A DNA stretch of 61,606 bases, the filler included, from Globobulimina sp. (taxonomy: Eukaryota): NCBI GenBank assembly GCA_003354225.1. It is 16 parts of 16 records of this genome, joined end to end, with 100 filler letters (N's around TTAATTAATTAA, not from the genome) between each part and the next. Parts side by side here need not be neighbours in the genome. Positions count along the whole stretch, not along the records: positions 19,300 to 23,058 come from PIVH01002148.1; positions 23,159 to 26,917 come from PIVH01002149.1; positions 27,018 to 30,774 come from PIVH01002150.1; positions 30,875 to 34,630 come from PIVH01002151.1; 12 more parts are not named here. One strand, given 5' to 3'. The translations under genes and the position numbers were made by a program. Under the pieces are notes generated by a model. The model worked only from the letters and a program-made list of their open reading frames with translations. It was not told the origin of the DNA and did no database searches. Positions 21,735-34,100 of this stretch are shown here, piece by piece. The first letter of the stretch is position 1. The number at the start of each line of letters is the position of its first letter.

Positions 21735-23058
21735 TCATCCGAAACAATAGGAAAAGAATGGAAATACATACTGAATTCCAAGAAAATATTCAGTAATGAT
21801 CTCAAAATAAGCAGTTAAAAATATTAATCCAATATCACTATCAACAACGTTTAGTATTTCTTTCCTGATCATATTTCTGCCATATTTCTCAAACTTTTGT
21901 CGATTGTTTATTATAGAATTATTAAACCACTTCATAAATTTATCATTATTCAGCCACAATGGAGGATGATTACCATTAATCTCAATTAAACCACAAAAAA
22001 TTTTCATTTCTTCCATTTTTTGGTGATGTAAATCTATATTTTTCAATGCATGCAACTCATGAAAAATTGGTGCATATTGACTCTCGACAAACCTATCCAT
22101 TGCATATTGAACATATCCTCCATTTGAACAATTATTTAACAGATTAAATCCTTTACAAAACTCAATCAATAAACATCTTATATAAACTTGTAAATTTATG
22201 CTCATTAATTTTAATTTTGTGATCTTATCATTTAAATCAAACCGTATCATATCAAAAGGTAATGGATATTTTGTTAATTTATTTTGAATTTGTGATTCAC
22301 GTCCTTTGCTCCATATGTTTATATTTATAATTTCTTGGCTAATTCCAATAACTTCATGATCCCATATTGGTGGAAAACCGTGGAATATAAATAATCTCTC
22401 CTTCATTTAGCACACTTTCATGGATTATAAACTTTTCCTTCATAGTATCTGACGGTAATTTTAGCGGTAATTTAAATTTCAACATTCCGTTTTTGATAAT
22501 TTGTGATTTTCTGGATTGTGGATGAAGCCATGGGAAATGATACAAATGTGAATGATATTTAGGTTCAACGAAACGAAACAACTTCTTTCCATCCATAAAT
22601 TTGAATATTAAAATTGTTTGATGCATCAAAATGAAACCTTGTTATTGTTCCTCTCGATCCCATCCATATTTTAATTGTTTGTAACTCTTCCTTTGACGCA
22701 ATGAATTGTGATAAATATTTACCATACATTTTGATAGTCATATTGTTAATGATATTGTCGGTCGGTAATATTTGAGTGGAAAATGAACGAAATTCAAACT
22801 TATTTGGATTGCCATTGGATGAGTTACAGGAATATAATGGATATAAATTATTATTATCACTTTTCTTTTCATTTTGCTTAATGAATTCCGTTTGTTTTGC
22901 AATATATTGCCAATATTGCTGCAATGATGACGTTAACTTTGTATTATTATTTGGTTTTTCCCATTTTATAATATCAATTAACGGCAATTCCTGCTCATAG
23001 TATTCAAAAACAGGACAATATCTGTTTGATTTATATTCCATGTCATTACATTGCGATG
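21735..23058 (-). pseudogene. JmjC/cupin-8 oxygenase broken by two micro-insertions
   Basis: IWMG...FHFD...QIYG; removing 4 nt (22588-22591) and 10 nt (22370-22379) restores GKKLFRFVEP and LNEGEIIYIPPIWDHEV in a single frame. Confidence 0.75.
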
Positions 23059-23158
23059 NNNNNNNNNNNNNNNNNNNNNNNNNNNNNNNNNNNNNNNNNN
23101 NNTTAATTAATTAANNNNNNNNNNNNNNNNNNNNNNNNNNNNNNNNNNNNNNNNNNNN

Positions 23159-23258
23159 TTAGGCATTTTTGCTTTATCGTAAAAATCTATTTTCTAAGGG
23201 AAAAAACTGATTTTTTCTGTTTAAAAACAGATTTTTACGATAAAGCAAAAATGCCTAA
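23159..23258. repeat. Perfect 30-bp inverted repeat at contig edge
   Basis: TTAGGCATTTTTGCTTTATCGTAAAAATCT (23159-23188) and AGATTTTTACGATAAAGCAAAAATGCCTAA (23229-23258), 40-nt spacer. Confidence 0.9.
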
Positions 23259-26200
23259 TGAAGTAATGAACTAAAAGCAAAAACCCTATTGAATCACATA
23301 CTTTTTGATCCAAATCGTTCAGTGCATTCTCTTTCAAATCGATCGATATTCTTGACATATTTTCTGTTTTTGTTTTCAAATTATTGCTTAATATGTTTTT
23401 TTGTTTGATGTAATTCTCTAAATCCAATGTTTGTTTTTGTAAACGAGGTGGAATATCGCCGTCTTGTTCACACACTCGATTTGTTAAAGCAATTAATGTT
23501 TTATTGATTTCTGTATTTAATTCTGATAATTTTGACTCTTCATTGTCCAATAAAGTCATATTTAAATCTATGTCATCGACATTATTAAAATTATCCCAAT
23601 CAATGTCAATTATCGTATCGTTCTCTGATATTTTTGATAAATTAATCCCTGTGAAAGATGATGATAATTTGCTTGTATTTTTATGAAAGAAAGAGGCAAA
23701 ATGTAGCTCTTTTTTCAATTTCGAAATCTCTTTATTTGTGTTTAATTTCTCTTTTTCTAAAATCCGTATTGTTTTATCTAATTCTTTGGCTCTTAATTCC
23801 CTCTCCAAATCCATTAATTGTTGGTCGACTTTTTTAGTAAAGTCGCGAGTAAACGTTCCTGTGTTGTTTGCATCTTTGCTGCTATTCATACCATGAGTTA
23901 TTGCACAAAATTGCGTTTGATAAAATATCTCTTGTTTACATAGATTTGCTTCCAAAACGAATCTGTTTTCACCTTTAAATTGTTTTAAAATACATGTTTT
24001 TAATAAACGTAATGGATTTCCATTGTTTAATTTGTAACAATCCGTTCCATCCAATCCTAAAACGTGTAGTACTTCGCCGGTGTAATCTTTTTTAATTCTT
24101 CTTAAAATCAATGCTAACACACCAATGTTATTCTGGATTTTGCCACTTTGATCGTAATAATTGTTATCTAATAATAATTTGTATACACTCCAAATATCGT
24201 CCACGTGCTCTCTCGTTCTTGTCTTAAATTGTCTTTTTCCATTTTTTCCTCTCCCACATTTACCAAAGTATGGTTTCCCGCAATTTTGACAAAATATTAC
24301 ATAAATTGTATCCCGGCTAAAGCACGACGATCTATTTATTTTTATCGACTGTCCGGTTATCGAAGATTTCCATTTTTTTACATTGAACATTATATCCGGA
24401 TATTTTCTACAAATACAGTCTTTTTTGCCCGGTGTAATATTTAAATCATTCAATTTTCCACAACACATAAATCCTTTCCATTTATCCAAATTATCACAAT
24501 TAATTTTATTATTATCGATTACAATCAATTTGCCGACATTGCAAAAATTGATTAAATTCTCGTCCATTAAATCTGAGTTTTGTTTCAAATCCAATCTAAA
24601 TGTATTTGGTGATAATATTTGGTCCAATTTATTATAGCATTTATAGCTAATTTTGAATTTTTCCAAAGGAAAAATTGCCGCCAATTTACGATCCGATTTA
24701 ATCCAATGATTATAAGCACGTTTGAGTAATTCATAAATATTTGGCAAATTATTGTGGTATTTCACCACAAACCAAAATAATTTGTCTTTTACCAATGATT
24801 TGAACTGTTTTTCTTCGGTTTCGCTGTCTGACTCTTTGTTCTCTTCGTCATTGTCTAAATATTTCTTTTTTCTCCTCTGTCTAATATAGAATGGCTTTTT
24901 CCATATTTTGAGTGCTTGCTTTTTTGTGATACGTCTATATTTATTAAAAATATTATTAACTTGCCATACGTCCTGGTTCCTGGCTATAAGAAAGCTCTTA
25001 TAATTTCTGAATTGATTATCAATATATTGATCATCACAAATACTTCGTATCCTTAATGCCGTCGATGATATTATACCACGTTTTTGATGCGGTACATGAC
25101 ACGAATCGTTTTCTAAAGTACAATGTGTGTCGGTTTCCTTTGAATGGACATCCACCGTAATCTCCCAACCCATAAACTGTTCATTCCCAAACGTTTTTAG
25201 TTTACGTTGAACTCGAAACTTTGTATCTAAAATTTCTAAGTATTTGCCATTTAAATCTTTGTCCCTATCTACGTAATGATAATCTAATGTGAATTGTATA
25301 TCTTTATTTATATTATTCATACCAAACAGCAAACATTTCAAATCGAAGATGTCTCCGCAACCCGCACCAAAGTAATCGTCTCGAAATCTGCCTTGCATTA
25401 ATACCTCCAATGCGGATCTCGTACGTACCCAACTTCTCTGACTCAGCAATTTGTCGTATAACGTAATCACTAAATCCGCGTAGCGACACGCCCAGCTTCT
25501 CCCCATTCCGCAGCCTCTCTTTTTAATGAAATTTTCACCGTTGCATACTACCACACCTCTCCATAATGCCTCGTTCAATAAATCTAAGATGCATTCCTTT
25601 GACGGATGCAATGTCAGCACTTCATTATATTCATTTAGTTTCTGTCTCATTTGTTGCAGTCCAAATTCGTGCTGTATAGACGGATAAAGTTTGACTACGT
25701 CAAACGACCACACAATGAAATCTTTTCTATCTTTTATCGCCCGCTGAATTTTTTCATTTTCGTTAAAATCGATTATCCGCATCACCAAATCTTTGGTGTC
25801 TTTCAACAAAAAACGTTTTTCTAACTCCGCATTCCATAAAGGCGTAATAATGTGATCTAAAAATTTATCTGTCGGCTCCCAGAAAGTCCCACAAAATGAT
25901 GAAATAAGACGTAGTGCGGGTACTTTTTTGTGCGTTTTCCATAACGCATATAAGTTCGCGTCGCGATAATGGAATTTGGCCGGAAATTGGGGCTGCAGCG
26001 CTTTGAACCATTTCTCTTTCAATTCCCCTCTATCGACCCATTTTGATAATAATTCCGCAATAAAATCAATTTCCTGCTGCCAATCGTAATTATTTGCTCT
26101 TTCAAACCCTAATTTGTTTAAAACGCCCGCTGTTGTTATCATATACGACGACCCCTTATCTTCCTTAACCATAATCCGTCGATTCACGTCGTCAAATTTC

Positions 26201-26916
26201 TGGTTTTCTTCAATTGTATCCATATACGCTTCTTCTTCTTCGTCTGTTAAATTTAATTTGTAATTTAACGTTGATTGCTTATGTAAGCATTCATCGTATA
26301 ATGAAGTCTCAAAATGTTGCAGGAAAGCCTCTAATTTTGTATTTCCTGAGTTTTTACAGTGGTATTTGCGCTCTTTGTTGTTCACTAAATACGGCTTCCA
26401 ATCACTCCATTCATTCTCCCTTTGTTTCTTTTCTTCTTTTTGTTCATAATTTGCATTGTTATAAATCTTATTGTACCACGATCTGACACTGTTTCTTAGA
26501 TTAAAAATACCCGTAAACAGATTATTGAAATCAAAATACCGGGGATTTACCACATAATTTCGACTTCGAGCGACTAATTTTTCAAAACCCGGCAAAATCG
26601 TAATATTTTCGTCTGTTTTTGGTAGTTTTTGGGCCGGGGCAATTTTCAACGCCTCAGCTTTTAGAATTATTTTGCATTTTTTTCGGAGATTTGCGCAATT
26701 TCTTTTGGTGTTTAATTTGTTTTTATACGTATTAAATTTGCTTCTTTTTACCTCCAATTTTGTCTTATTTTTCTTCCAAACTCTCCGCTTTTTATGTGTT
26801 TGGAATATTTGCTGTAAACGGAATACTTTGTTACTACTTACGATCTCTGCATTGGTCTCTAAAATGTGTCTTGTATTGATTCCATTTCCTGAAAAGTGCG
26901 ATTTTTCTTCTTCCGT
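23221..26916 (-). mobile_element. Penelope-like retroelement (Neptune-like): RT + C-terminal GIY-YIG endonuclease, 5'-truncated
   Basis: EDKG, LWKTHK...LRLISS, SFDVVKLYPSI, GCGMGRSWACRYADL, RFRDD, thumb HSKETDTH...SCH; Cys-rich linker; TIYVIFCQNCGKPYFGK...TRTREH. Frame open to the contig edge. Confidence 0.88.
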
Positions 26917-27017
26917 ANNNNNNNNNNNNNNNNNNNNNNNNNNNNNNNNNNNNNNNNNNNNTTAATTAATTAANNNNNNNNNNNNNNNNNNNNNNNNNNN
27001 NNNNNNNNNNNNNNNNN

Positions 27018-27315
27018 AATGAATGACAATATTGATATTAACATAATAAATCCTGGCTTGATTCAGAAAAGCCAATATAGCATTGATGCAAATAATAAGA
27101 CAGGTAATGATATGATGACATTGAAAAGATGTGCTCAATTATATGTTACAAATTTAGAATATTCTATTACGGAATCAATTGTATCTCGTCATCCAATATT
27201 GGCCTTTACTTATATTAAACAATATTTACCTTCACTGTATTTTTATCCAATCACAAGAATTGTGTTGCCAATATTTGATAAAACCTATAGAAAACCAATT
27301 GGGAAGAAAGAGTGA
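27018..27315 (+). CDS. C-terminal fragment of a short-chain dehydrogenase (DHRS7-like)
   Basis: INIINPG...MTLKRCAQL...HPILAFTYIKQYLP resembles DHRS7 C-termini. Confidence 0.55.
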
Positions 27316-27651
27316 TTATCATTTTAATCAAACATTATAAAAATAAACATGCAATGTTTGAATTATCCATCAATAAATTACAGAATCCGTGTAATTTAGT
27401 GTACTCTGGTATCAGAGGTCACCACCAGCAAAATTGACTAGAATAAACGTTTATGATTTTTTTTTTGATTTTTGCTCGATCTTCCGATTGTTGTGCTTTT
27501 CCTTTAAAAACGTTTTCTGTTCCGGTACGGGATGATGCTTTCATATCGAACTAAACCTAACGACATGAGTCAGAAAAGTTTTTCAAAAGGAACTTCATTC
27601 TTGGATGCAAGATCAGATTTTATAAAACAAAACAACAACAACAAAAAAGTG

Positions 27652-29685
27652 TTATGATGCAGCGCCTACATCCAATGCTAAATCCCATGTATTTTCTGCA
27701 CGAATGATTTTATAATATAAATGCATAAATTTTCGTGCTTTTAAAAACTCGATTGACGTTATTTGTATTTCACAAATCAATCGATACAACTCTGGATTTT
27801 GTTTATCAGCGTATATAACATTTAACATTACACTTCGATATCCAAACGATGCTGCACTATCTTTATGGAATCTATTTTTCATCCTTGTAATCAATGTAAT
27901 TCCACCTTTATACTCATCGCAAATGGTTTGTATCAACGATGATAATTCATGCACATTCTCAACAATCATAGCACATCGAACATAATCTAATATATACCCA
28001 GCACGCGAATAATTTTTGCTTTTGTAATCCCTTTTACATTTATTATACGATCTGTCCAATTTCTTGATTGGCGCTGCTGTCACTCCAATATCAGTCCCTT
28101 CGTGTAAGCTGCCAATCTGTTCCAGACCCATTCTAATACGATTTTTGTTGAACAATTCAACCATACTCCTTTGAAAATTATCATTTATTTTGTTTGCAAT
28201 TTGAAAATAATAATATAAACCAAAATAATCGTCAGTTAATTCCAATTCGTATTCTTTTTCTTTGGTTTCAGTTCCTTCCATCTCATGTTTCTGATAATAA
28301 TCATATAATCCATCACAACTTAACTGTTGATTCTTTAACCAATCTGACAATAACGTACATTCATAAGCCATTCTATTTTTATTTTTATATTGATATTTTG
28401 GATTAAATTGAGCTGCTTTGATCCAAATATCCATTCTTTCCTCAATCAACTGTGGATGCAAATCATTTTGTGATGCAATATCACTATTAATACAATCTGT
28501 ATCTAATTGCAATAAACTGATCAATGGTACATCATCAGATAATAATTTATCATATGCCTCAAGCAATGGTTGTTGTAATTCGTTTATAGCATCATTTGCA
28601 ATCTCTTGTAATGCACTAAATTGTGTAGCAACTTCATTTTTTGTATACCACCATCCAAGCATCGATTTTACAAATTTTTTTTCCGCAGACGTAAAATTAC
28701 CTTTCTTTGTAATTAATATATCTTTGATTGAATTGAATACGCGATCGGAATATCCCGTGTCTTTGGGGAAGAATATGTCTTTGGAGATGCCACCCAATGC
28801 CTGATTGCATACAATATACCAAGAACACCAAAAGGAATAAACTGGCTCATAATAACATATTTGTTCACTGATGGATTTATCTAATAACGGTATCATTATA
28901 TTATCCATTGCATCTCGCATCCGTTGATTTGGATATTTAAAAGCTTGAAATAAAACTGCCCAATATCTTGGTGCTCGCAATCGTTGCGGAAATGCAAGAA
29001 TTTGCGATTCAGAAACGTTTGTATGATATTTTTCAATTTCTTCACATAATATATGCAGACATTCATTTTCATCCTCAAATAAGCCATTTTTATCTTCTTT
29101 TTTATATTCATCATATCCTTCGCTTGATTGCAATGAAAATGAATAATAGCAATTATAACATACATTCCATCCACATTCGATACTATCGTCAAAGGACAGT
29201 ATACAACCTTTCATTGGCATTTCTTTCAACTGTTTTTTTTTGCAAATGTTACATAATAAGCCATCTTGACTGCAGTTAAATGATCTCAATTGATGCTTCT
29301 TTTCACATTTAACTGTATCTGTACTTGATTCATTTACGTTGCTGTTCGTGTCATTGAATGTATCGCGTGCTCTCATATAACAATTAAAACACGCATCCCA
29401 ATCACATATACGACATCCATACATTGGTGATGATGTTGCGGGAAATGAGCCATTGCACACATCACAACCCATGGATCCACGGTATAATTTTATGCCATGA
29501 TTTCCCGGACAGTTCATAAAATTTCTTCTTTTTGGTTTGATAATAACTTTGTTGACATTCGTTTGCTTTGATTCTTCTGGATTTGTTTCATTTGTTTCGT
29601 TAGTTTCTTTTTTAGGTCGAGACAGGTCAATTGCAACATGCTCGTTGGTTTTAGGATCCTCAGCTTGAGAGCAGCACACACCCAT
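27652..29685 (-). CDS. N-acylated protein with two Cys/His zinc fingers and a C-terminal RelA/SpoT-like nucleotidyltransferase domain
   Basis: ATG 29685 gives MGVCCS; fingers CPGNH...CDVC...CRICDWDACFNC and CEKKH...CNIC...C...CGWNVCYNC; synthetase-like motifs PIKKLDRSYNK, LDYVRC, KNRF, GYRS, CEIQI, MHLYY. Confidence 0.75.
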   Translation of the reverse strand: MGVCCSQAEDPKTNEHVAIDLSRPKKETNETNETNPEESKQTNVNKVIIKPKRRNFMNCPGNHGIKLYRGSMGCDVCNGSFPATSSPMYGCRICDWDACFNCYMRARDTFNDTNSNVNESSTDTVKCEKKHQLRSFNCSQDGLLCNICKKKQLKEMPMKGCILSFDDSIECGWNVCYNCYYSFSLQSSEGYDEYKKEDKNGLFEDENECLHILCEEIEKYHTNVSESQILAFPQRLRAPRYWAVLFQAFKYPNQRMRDAMDNIMIPLLDKSISEQICYYEPVYSFWCSWYIVCNQALGGISKDIFFPKDTGYSDRVFNSIKDILITKKGNFTSAEKKFVKSMLGWWYTKNEVATQFSALQEIANDAINELQQPLLEAYDKLLSDDVPLISLLQLDTDCINSDIASQNDLHPQLIEERMDIWIKAAQFNPKYQYKNKNRMAYECTLLSDWLKNQQLSCDGLYDYYQKHEMEGTETKEKEYELELTDDYFGLYYYFQIANKINDNFQRSMVELFNKNRIRMGLEQIGSLHEGTDIGVTAAPIKKLDRSYNKCKRDYKSKNYSRAGYILDYVRCAMIVENVHELSSLIQTICDEYKGGITLITRMKNRFHKDSAASFGYRSVMLNVIYADKQNPELYRLICEIQITSIEFLKARKFMHLYYKIIRAENTWDLALDVGAAS

Positions 29686-29835
29686 TCTCACAATGGTTTG
29701 ATGTTTGAGCTGCTTCTATTCCCTGCATCAAATAAACATTTTATTTTTGACTAGCTACAATATATATGTTGGATGCAGGAAATGCCAAAAAAACGTACAA
29801 AAATACATTGATTTATGTTTAATTGTGTTTATGAA

Positions 29836-30078
29836 TCAATTTTGGGAGTGAGCCACCGCAATATTCTGTCCCATTTGTATTGCTAATTGTGATTCTTGAC
29901 TATTTTTTGGTGGTAAAATTGTAAATCTTTTTATTTTATCTTTTTGAAACACCAATGCAAATGTTGACCCACCATATTGAAACATCCCTAATTCATCTCC
30001 CTTTTTCAATACATCACCTTTCTTGACACTAACCAAAACCGAAGAAACCTCTAACATTCCAACCGGAATTACAGCCAC
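29836..30078 (-). CDS. Phosphatidylserine decarboxylase family, C-terminal fragment
   Basis: VIPVGMLEVSS...KKGDELGMFQYGGST contains the GGST self-cleavage motif; the 5' part is replaced by foreign DNA. Confidence 0.8.
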   Translation of the reverse strand: MAVIPVGMLEVSSVLVSVKKGDVLKKGDELGMFQYGGSTFALVFQKDKIKRFTILPPKNSQESQLAIQMGQNIAVAHSQN

Positions 30079-30774
30079 TCAAAAAAAAGCTCTGTTTGCC
30101 GCTTTAAAAAAACTTGCCAATGAAGGAAAAAGCGTGATTCTTGTATCGCATAAGATTGATGATGTTGAATTGCTTTGCGACAGGATCACTGTTCTGAGAC
30201 AGGGAACCGTATCAGGAGAATTCAATACGCCGTTTGATTCTGATCAGGTCGTTCAGATGATGTTTTCTGATCTGCCAAACCCGGTTTCCCGCTCAAACCG
30301 AAAAACCGGAAAAGAAGCCCTTGTTTTTGACGGCATTTTTGCAACAGGCGAACACACAGGGCTCAATGACTGCAGCACATCTATAAACGAAGGCCAGGTG
30401 GTGGGTCTTGCAGGCCTTGAAGGAAGTGGCCAGGGTATATTTTTACGTGTTGCGTCGGGCCTGAAGCACCCTGTTAAGGGTTCAATATACTATAATGGAG
30501 AAAACATGTCAGGGAAAAACCACCTGCATTTTAAACATAAAGGCATAACGTTTCTACCCGGCTCCCGACTTGAAGAAGGGCTGGTTACAGGCATGACGAT
30601 TGAAGAACATGTTGCACTGAATGACAAAAGCAGTCATTTTATTGTTTCCGGCGTTGATGCATTGGATGAAGCAGAGAAAAAAATAAACCGATTCCGTATT
30701 AAAGGAACACCCAAATCATTGGTAGACTCACTTTCCGGTGGAAATCAACAGCGTCTGCTTCTTTCTCTTCTGCC
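30062..30774 (+). CDS. Bacterial carbohydrate/nucleoside ABC transporter ATPase (RbsA/MglA-like), internal fragment
   Basis: VILVSHKIDDV.LLCDRITVLRQG, VVGLAGLEGSGQ, LSGGNQQR; higher GC and intronless. Confidence 0.85.
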
Positions 30775-31144
30775 NNNNNNNNNNNNNNNNNNNNNNNNNN
30801 NNNNNNNNNNNNNNNNNNTTAATTAATTAANNNNNNNNNNNNNNNNNNNNNNNNNNNNNNNNNNNNNNNNNNNNAACACTTACACCAATTGATACTATTT
30901 GTAGTCACATACAACAAAACAATCAGGAAACGAGTGAAATATTACTGCTTTTCAGGTCGTCGTTTCTGCAAAAACTTTGAGGCTACTACTTTGAGTACTA
31001 ATTACTGAGAATGGCGCTAAGTACGAACTAAAATTACAGTTTACACATTTTGCCAGTTAAAAATACACGAATCCACGTACATCTTATCCTATCCCTCTGA
31101 ATGTGTATATTTCTCAATCTTGTTTAAAATAGGTTTATGCATAA

Positions 31145-34100
31145 ATGGCTAACCAATACTACCAACAACAACAAGGTTCATTTAATAACAATCCAAACAA
31201 CAATTTTCGAGGCGGAGGTGGACCTCCACCGAGAATGATGGGTCCTCCTATGATGGGTCCACCAATGATGAACAATCCGATGATGGGACCTCCAATGATG
31301 GGTAATCCGATGATGGGTCCTCCAATGATGGGCCCTCCGATGATGAACGGTGCAATGCTAAATATGATGAATGGTTCCATGCTAAATATGAATATGAACA
31401 ATCCGCCGCCAAACATGAATATGAATATGAACATGAACATGAACATGAATATGAATAATCCGCCTCCAAATCTTATGCAAAATCCTATGCAAAATAATAA
31501 ACCACCAAACCAAAAACCACAAAATAATAAAAATAACCCACCACCAAATAATGATTTTTCGTTAGCATTTGCACCGCCACCAATGAATAATAACAACAAT
31601 AGGAATAATATGAATAATATGAACATGAACAATATGCAAAATAATATGCAACAAAGGCAAGGTAATTTTTATCAGCCAGACCCAAACTTTGCTATGAACG
31701 TACCCATAAACGCCCCGATGAATCCACCCATGAACATCCTACAACAAATGGCCAACTCGGGCTCCTTCTATGGCGCCCCTGCTCCGCGAGGCGGACCCTC
31801 CAATAACATGTTTGCCTCCATGGGCAATATAAACAACATCAATAACATGCGTCCTGCCCCTGGCCCTGGACCCGGACCGCCACCGCCTCCGCAACCAAAC
31901 GGTGCCCGGCCACCACAACCAATGGCTGCAAACTATCAATACGACCAATCCTTACAAGCCAAAAAGAAAAAAAAGCGCAAAAAGAAGAAAAAGAAAAAAC
32001 GCAAACTCGGTGGCAATATCGCTATTTCAGTGTGTCCCGCAGATGCTGGCGACGGCGATTATAGTTTATCTGCACCGCGACCGCGCAGTGGCAGTCGGCA
32101 AAAAGTGACCGGCCGCATCCGTAACTCCTTCCTGATGACCAGCCACAGCCAGCAGGCCCTCCCTATCATGGGCAAACAGATCGGTTTCAGCGCGAAGAAA
32201 GCGCCGCAAAGCCAGCACTATTCAGAGAAACGCAAAAAAAAAGTGAAATACAGCAGGAAGGAGACGGACAAAATGAAGGCGAAGCTCATCTCTTCAGAGA
32301 AAAACATGAAGAAACTCGGCGCCATCAAGGACAAGAAGACGCAAAACAAGCTAATTATGAAAAAGATCCATCTCTGTAAATATGTGTGCGATTTCCGGGC
32401 GGCGGGCACCGGCATTATCACGTTGGACAAAGCTGAAAAGGCGCGCATTGAGAATAAGTACAACTTATTGCTGGAATTGAAGGAGCATTTACATCGCAGC
32501 GATTGGCACGATACGATGGGCGCGGACTTGTACAAATTCCTCGAGAGTCTGTTCAAAATGCTGTCGCATAATTTGTTTCGAGTGTTGCCGGACGGCTTCA
32601 TCGTAGAGACCATCAAGACCAACACCACGGGGAAGGACGCCCAGGTGACGGTGAGCAAAGAGTTGCCGGCCTGGAAGCACTTGGAATTAATCTACGCCAT
32701 CTTCGAGACGGTGCTGTTGAAAATGAAGGCGGACTCGCATGCCGGCAAAGCGATGGTGGTGGAATATTTGGAGAGCTTCAACGTGATCAGCAACATGGTC
32801 TATTTGCTAAACAGCGAGGAAGTGCGCGAAGAGGAGCGCATCGCCGCCATTTTGAGCATTTTGTACAAACACTATGCGCTGTGCCGCCTGTTTCTGTTGG
32901 GACAATTATCCAATGTCTGCTATAGTTATTTGTATATAAATAACCGCGACTTGAACATCGGCCGTACGCTGACCGAGAAGAACAAGACGCAGCGCGAATA
33001 CAGCAAGCAATTGGCGTTCGGCGTGAAGACGGTGTTGCAGATATTTCGCGAATGTCTGCAGAATTTGGAGAACAACGACGAGATCGATGGGTGGGTCGAG
33101 TTGCTGTGCAAAGTGATCATCCCGCTGCATAAGGCCATCATTGACGAGTTTACCATCTTTGACGACGCGTTGGGGCAGATTTCGGTGACGTTTTGCGAGA
33201 AATACTTCCTTTCCTTCATCTATATTTTCCAGGGCATGTTGCGGTATTGGCCGGTGACGAGCAGTAAGAAGGAACAGTTGTTTTTGCATCGCATCGGGCC
33301 GCTGTTGGGCATGGCGGATGAGGACGTGTGGGAATTTAAGGACAAATCGCAGTGCGAGTTCCGCGACGTTTTCACCAATTTGTCGCATAAGATTGTGGAT
33401 TCGATGCAGAATTACCAGCATACACATTATGCGACGGCGGAGATGGTGTACGATATGATGGAGGACGACTGTTTGCAGCGCTTTTTGGACATTTATGGCG
33501 GCAAACATTGCTGGATCAAGCTGTACAAAGCGATGCACGACATCAAGACCAAGTTCTTTTGGAAGGAGACCATCGACAAAACAGTGGATTTCATGGAGAA
33601 TTGCCGCGAAGAGGACGACATTCCCATGCAGTATTTGGCGGAGTTTGACGCGATCGACGCGGACAAATACGACAAGTATCCGAGCGGCGAAGTGAATGAG
33701 TATACCATTGAGGAGGAGAGGTTGCGCAAGAAACGGATGGAGAGGGAGCGGTATTACTCGTTTTTGAATAAGAAATACCAGAAACAGAATATTGCAAAGT
33801 ATCAGAAACATGTTTATAAGAATAATCAGCCGATGTTGCAGTTGGAGAAGGAGGAGCGGCACAGCTCGCTTAATCCGAGCATTAATTGGAACAGCACTGC
33901 GATGAAAGCGTTGACGGAGTCGATGGAGCATTTGGATAAAATTGACGGCAAAGTGGCGAAAATTGAAGGCTTGCTTAATAAGAACAAGAACAAGAATAAG
34001 AATAATAAGTCGAAGCTTAAGCGGAAGAGCAAGAATAAAAATAAAAAGCACAAGATACAAAAAAGGAAACCGTCGACAAAGAAGAATAAGCCGCTCCCAT

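Noticed and set aside
23250-23285. CTAATGA...AAAA as a hammerhead ribozyme
   Set aside because: Core mismatched, antisense to the element, and stems I/III cannot be formed.
11582-26917. Apparent mobile-element island (LINE, Polinton, SMC5, Penelope side by side)
   Set aside because: Each lies on a separate contig, so adjacency is an artefact of concatenation.
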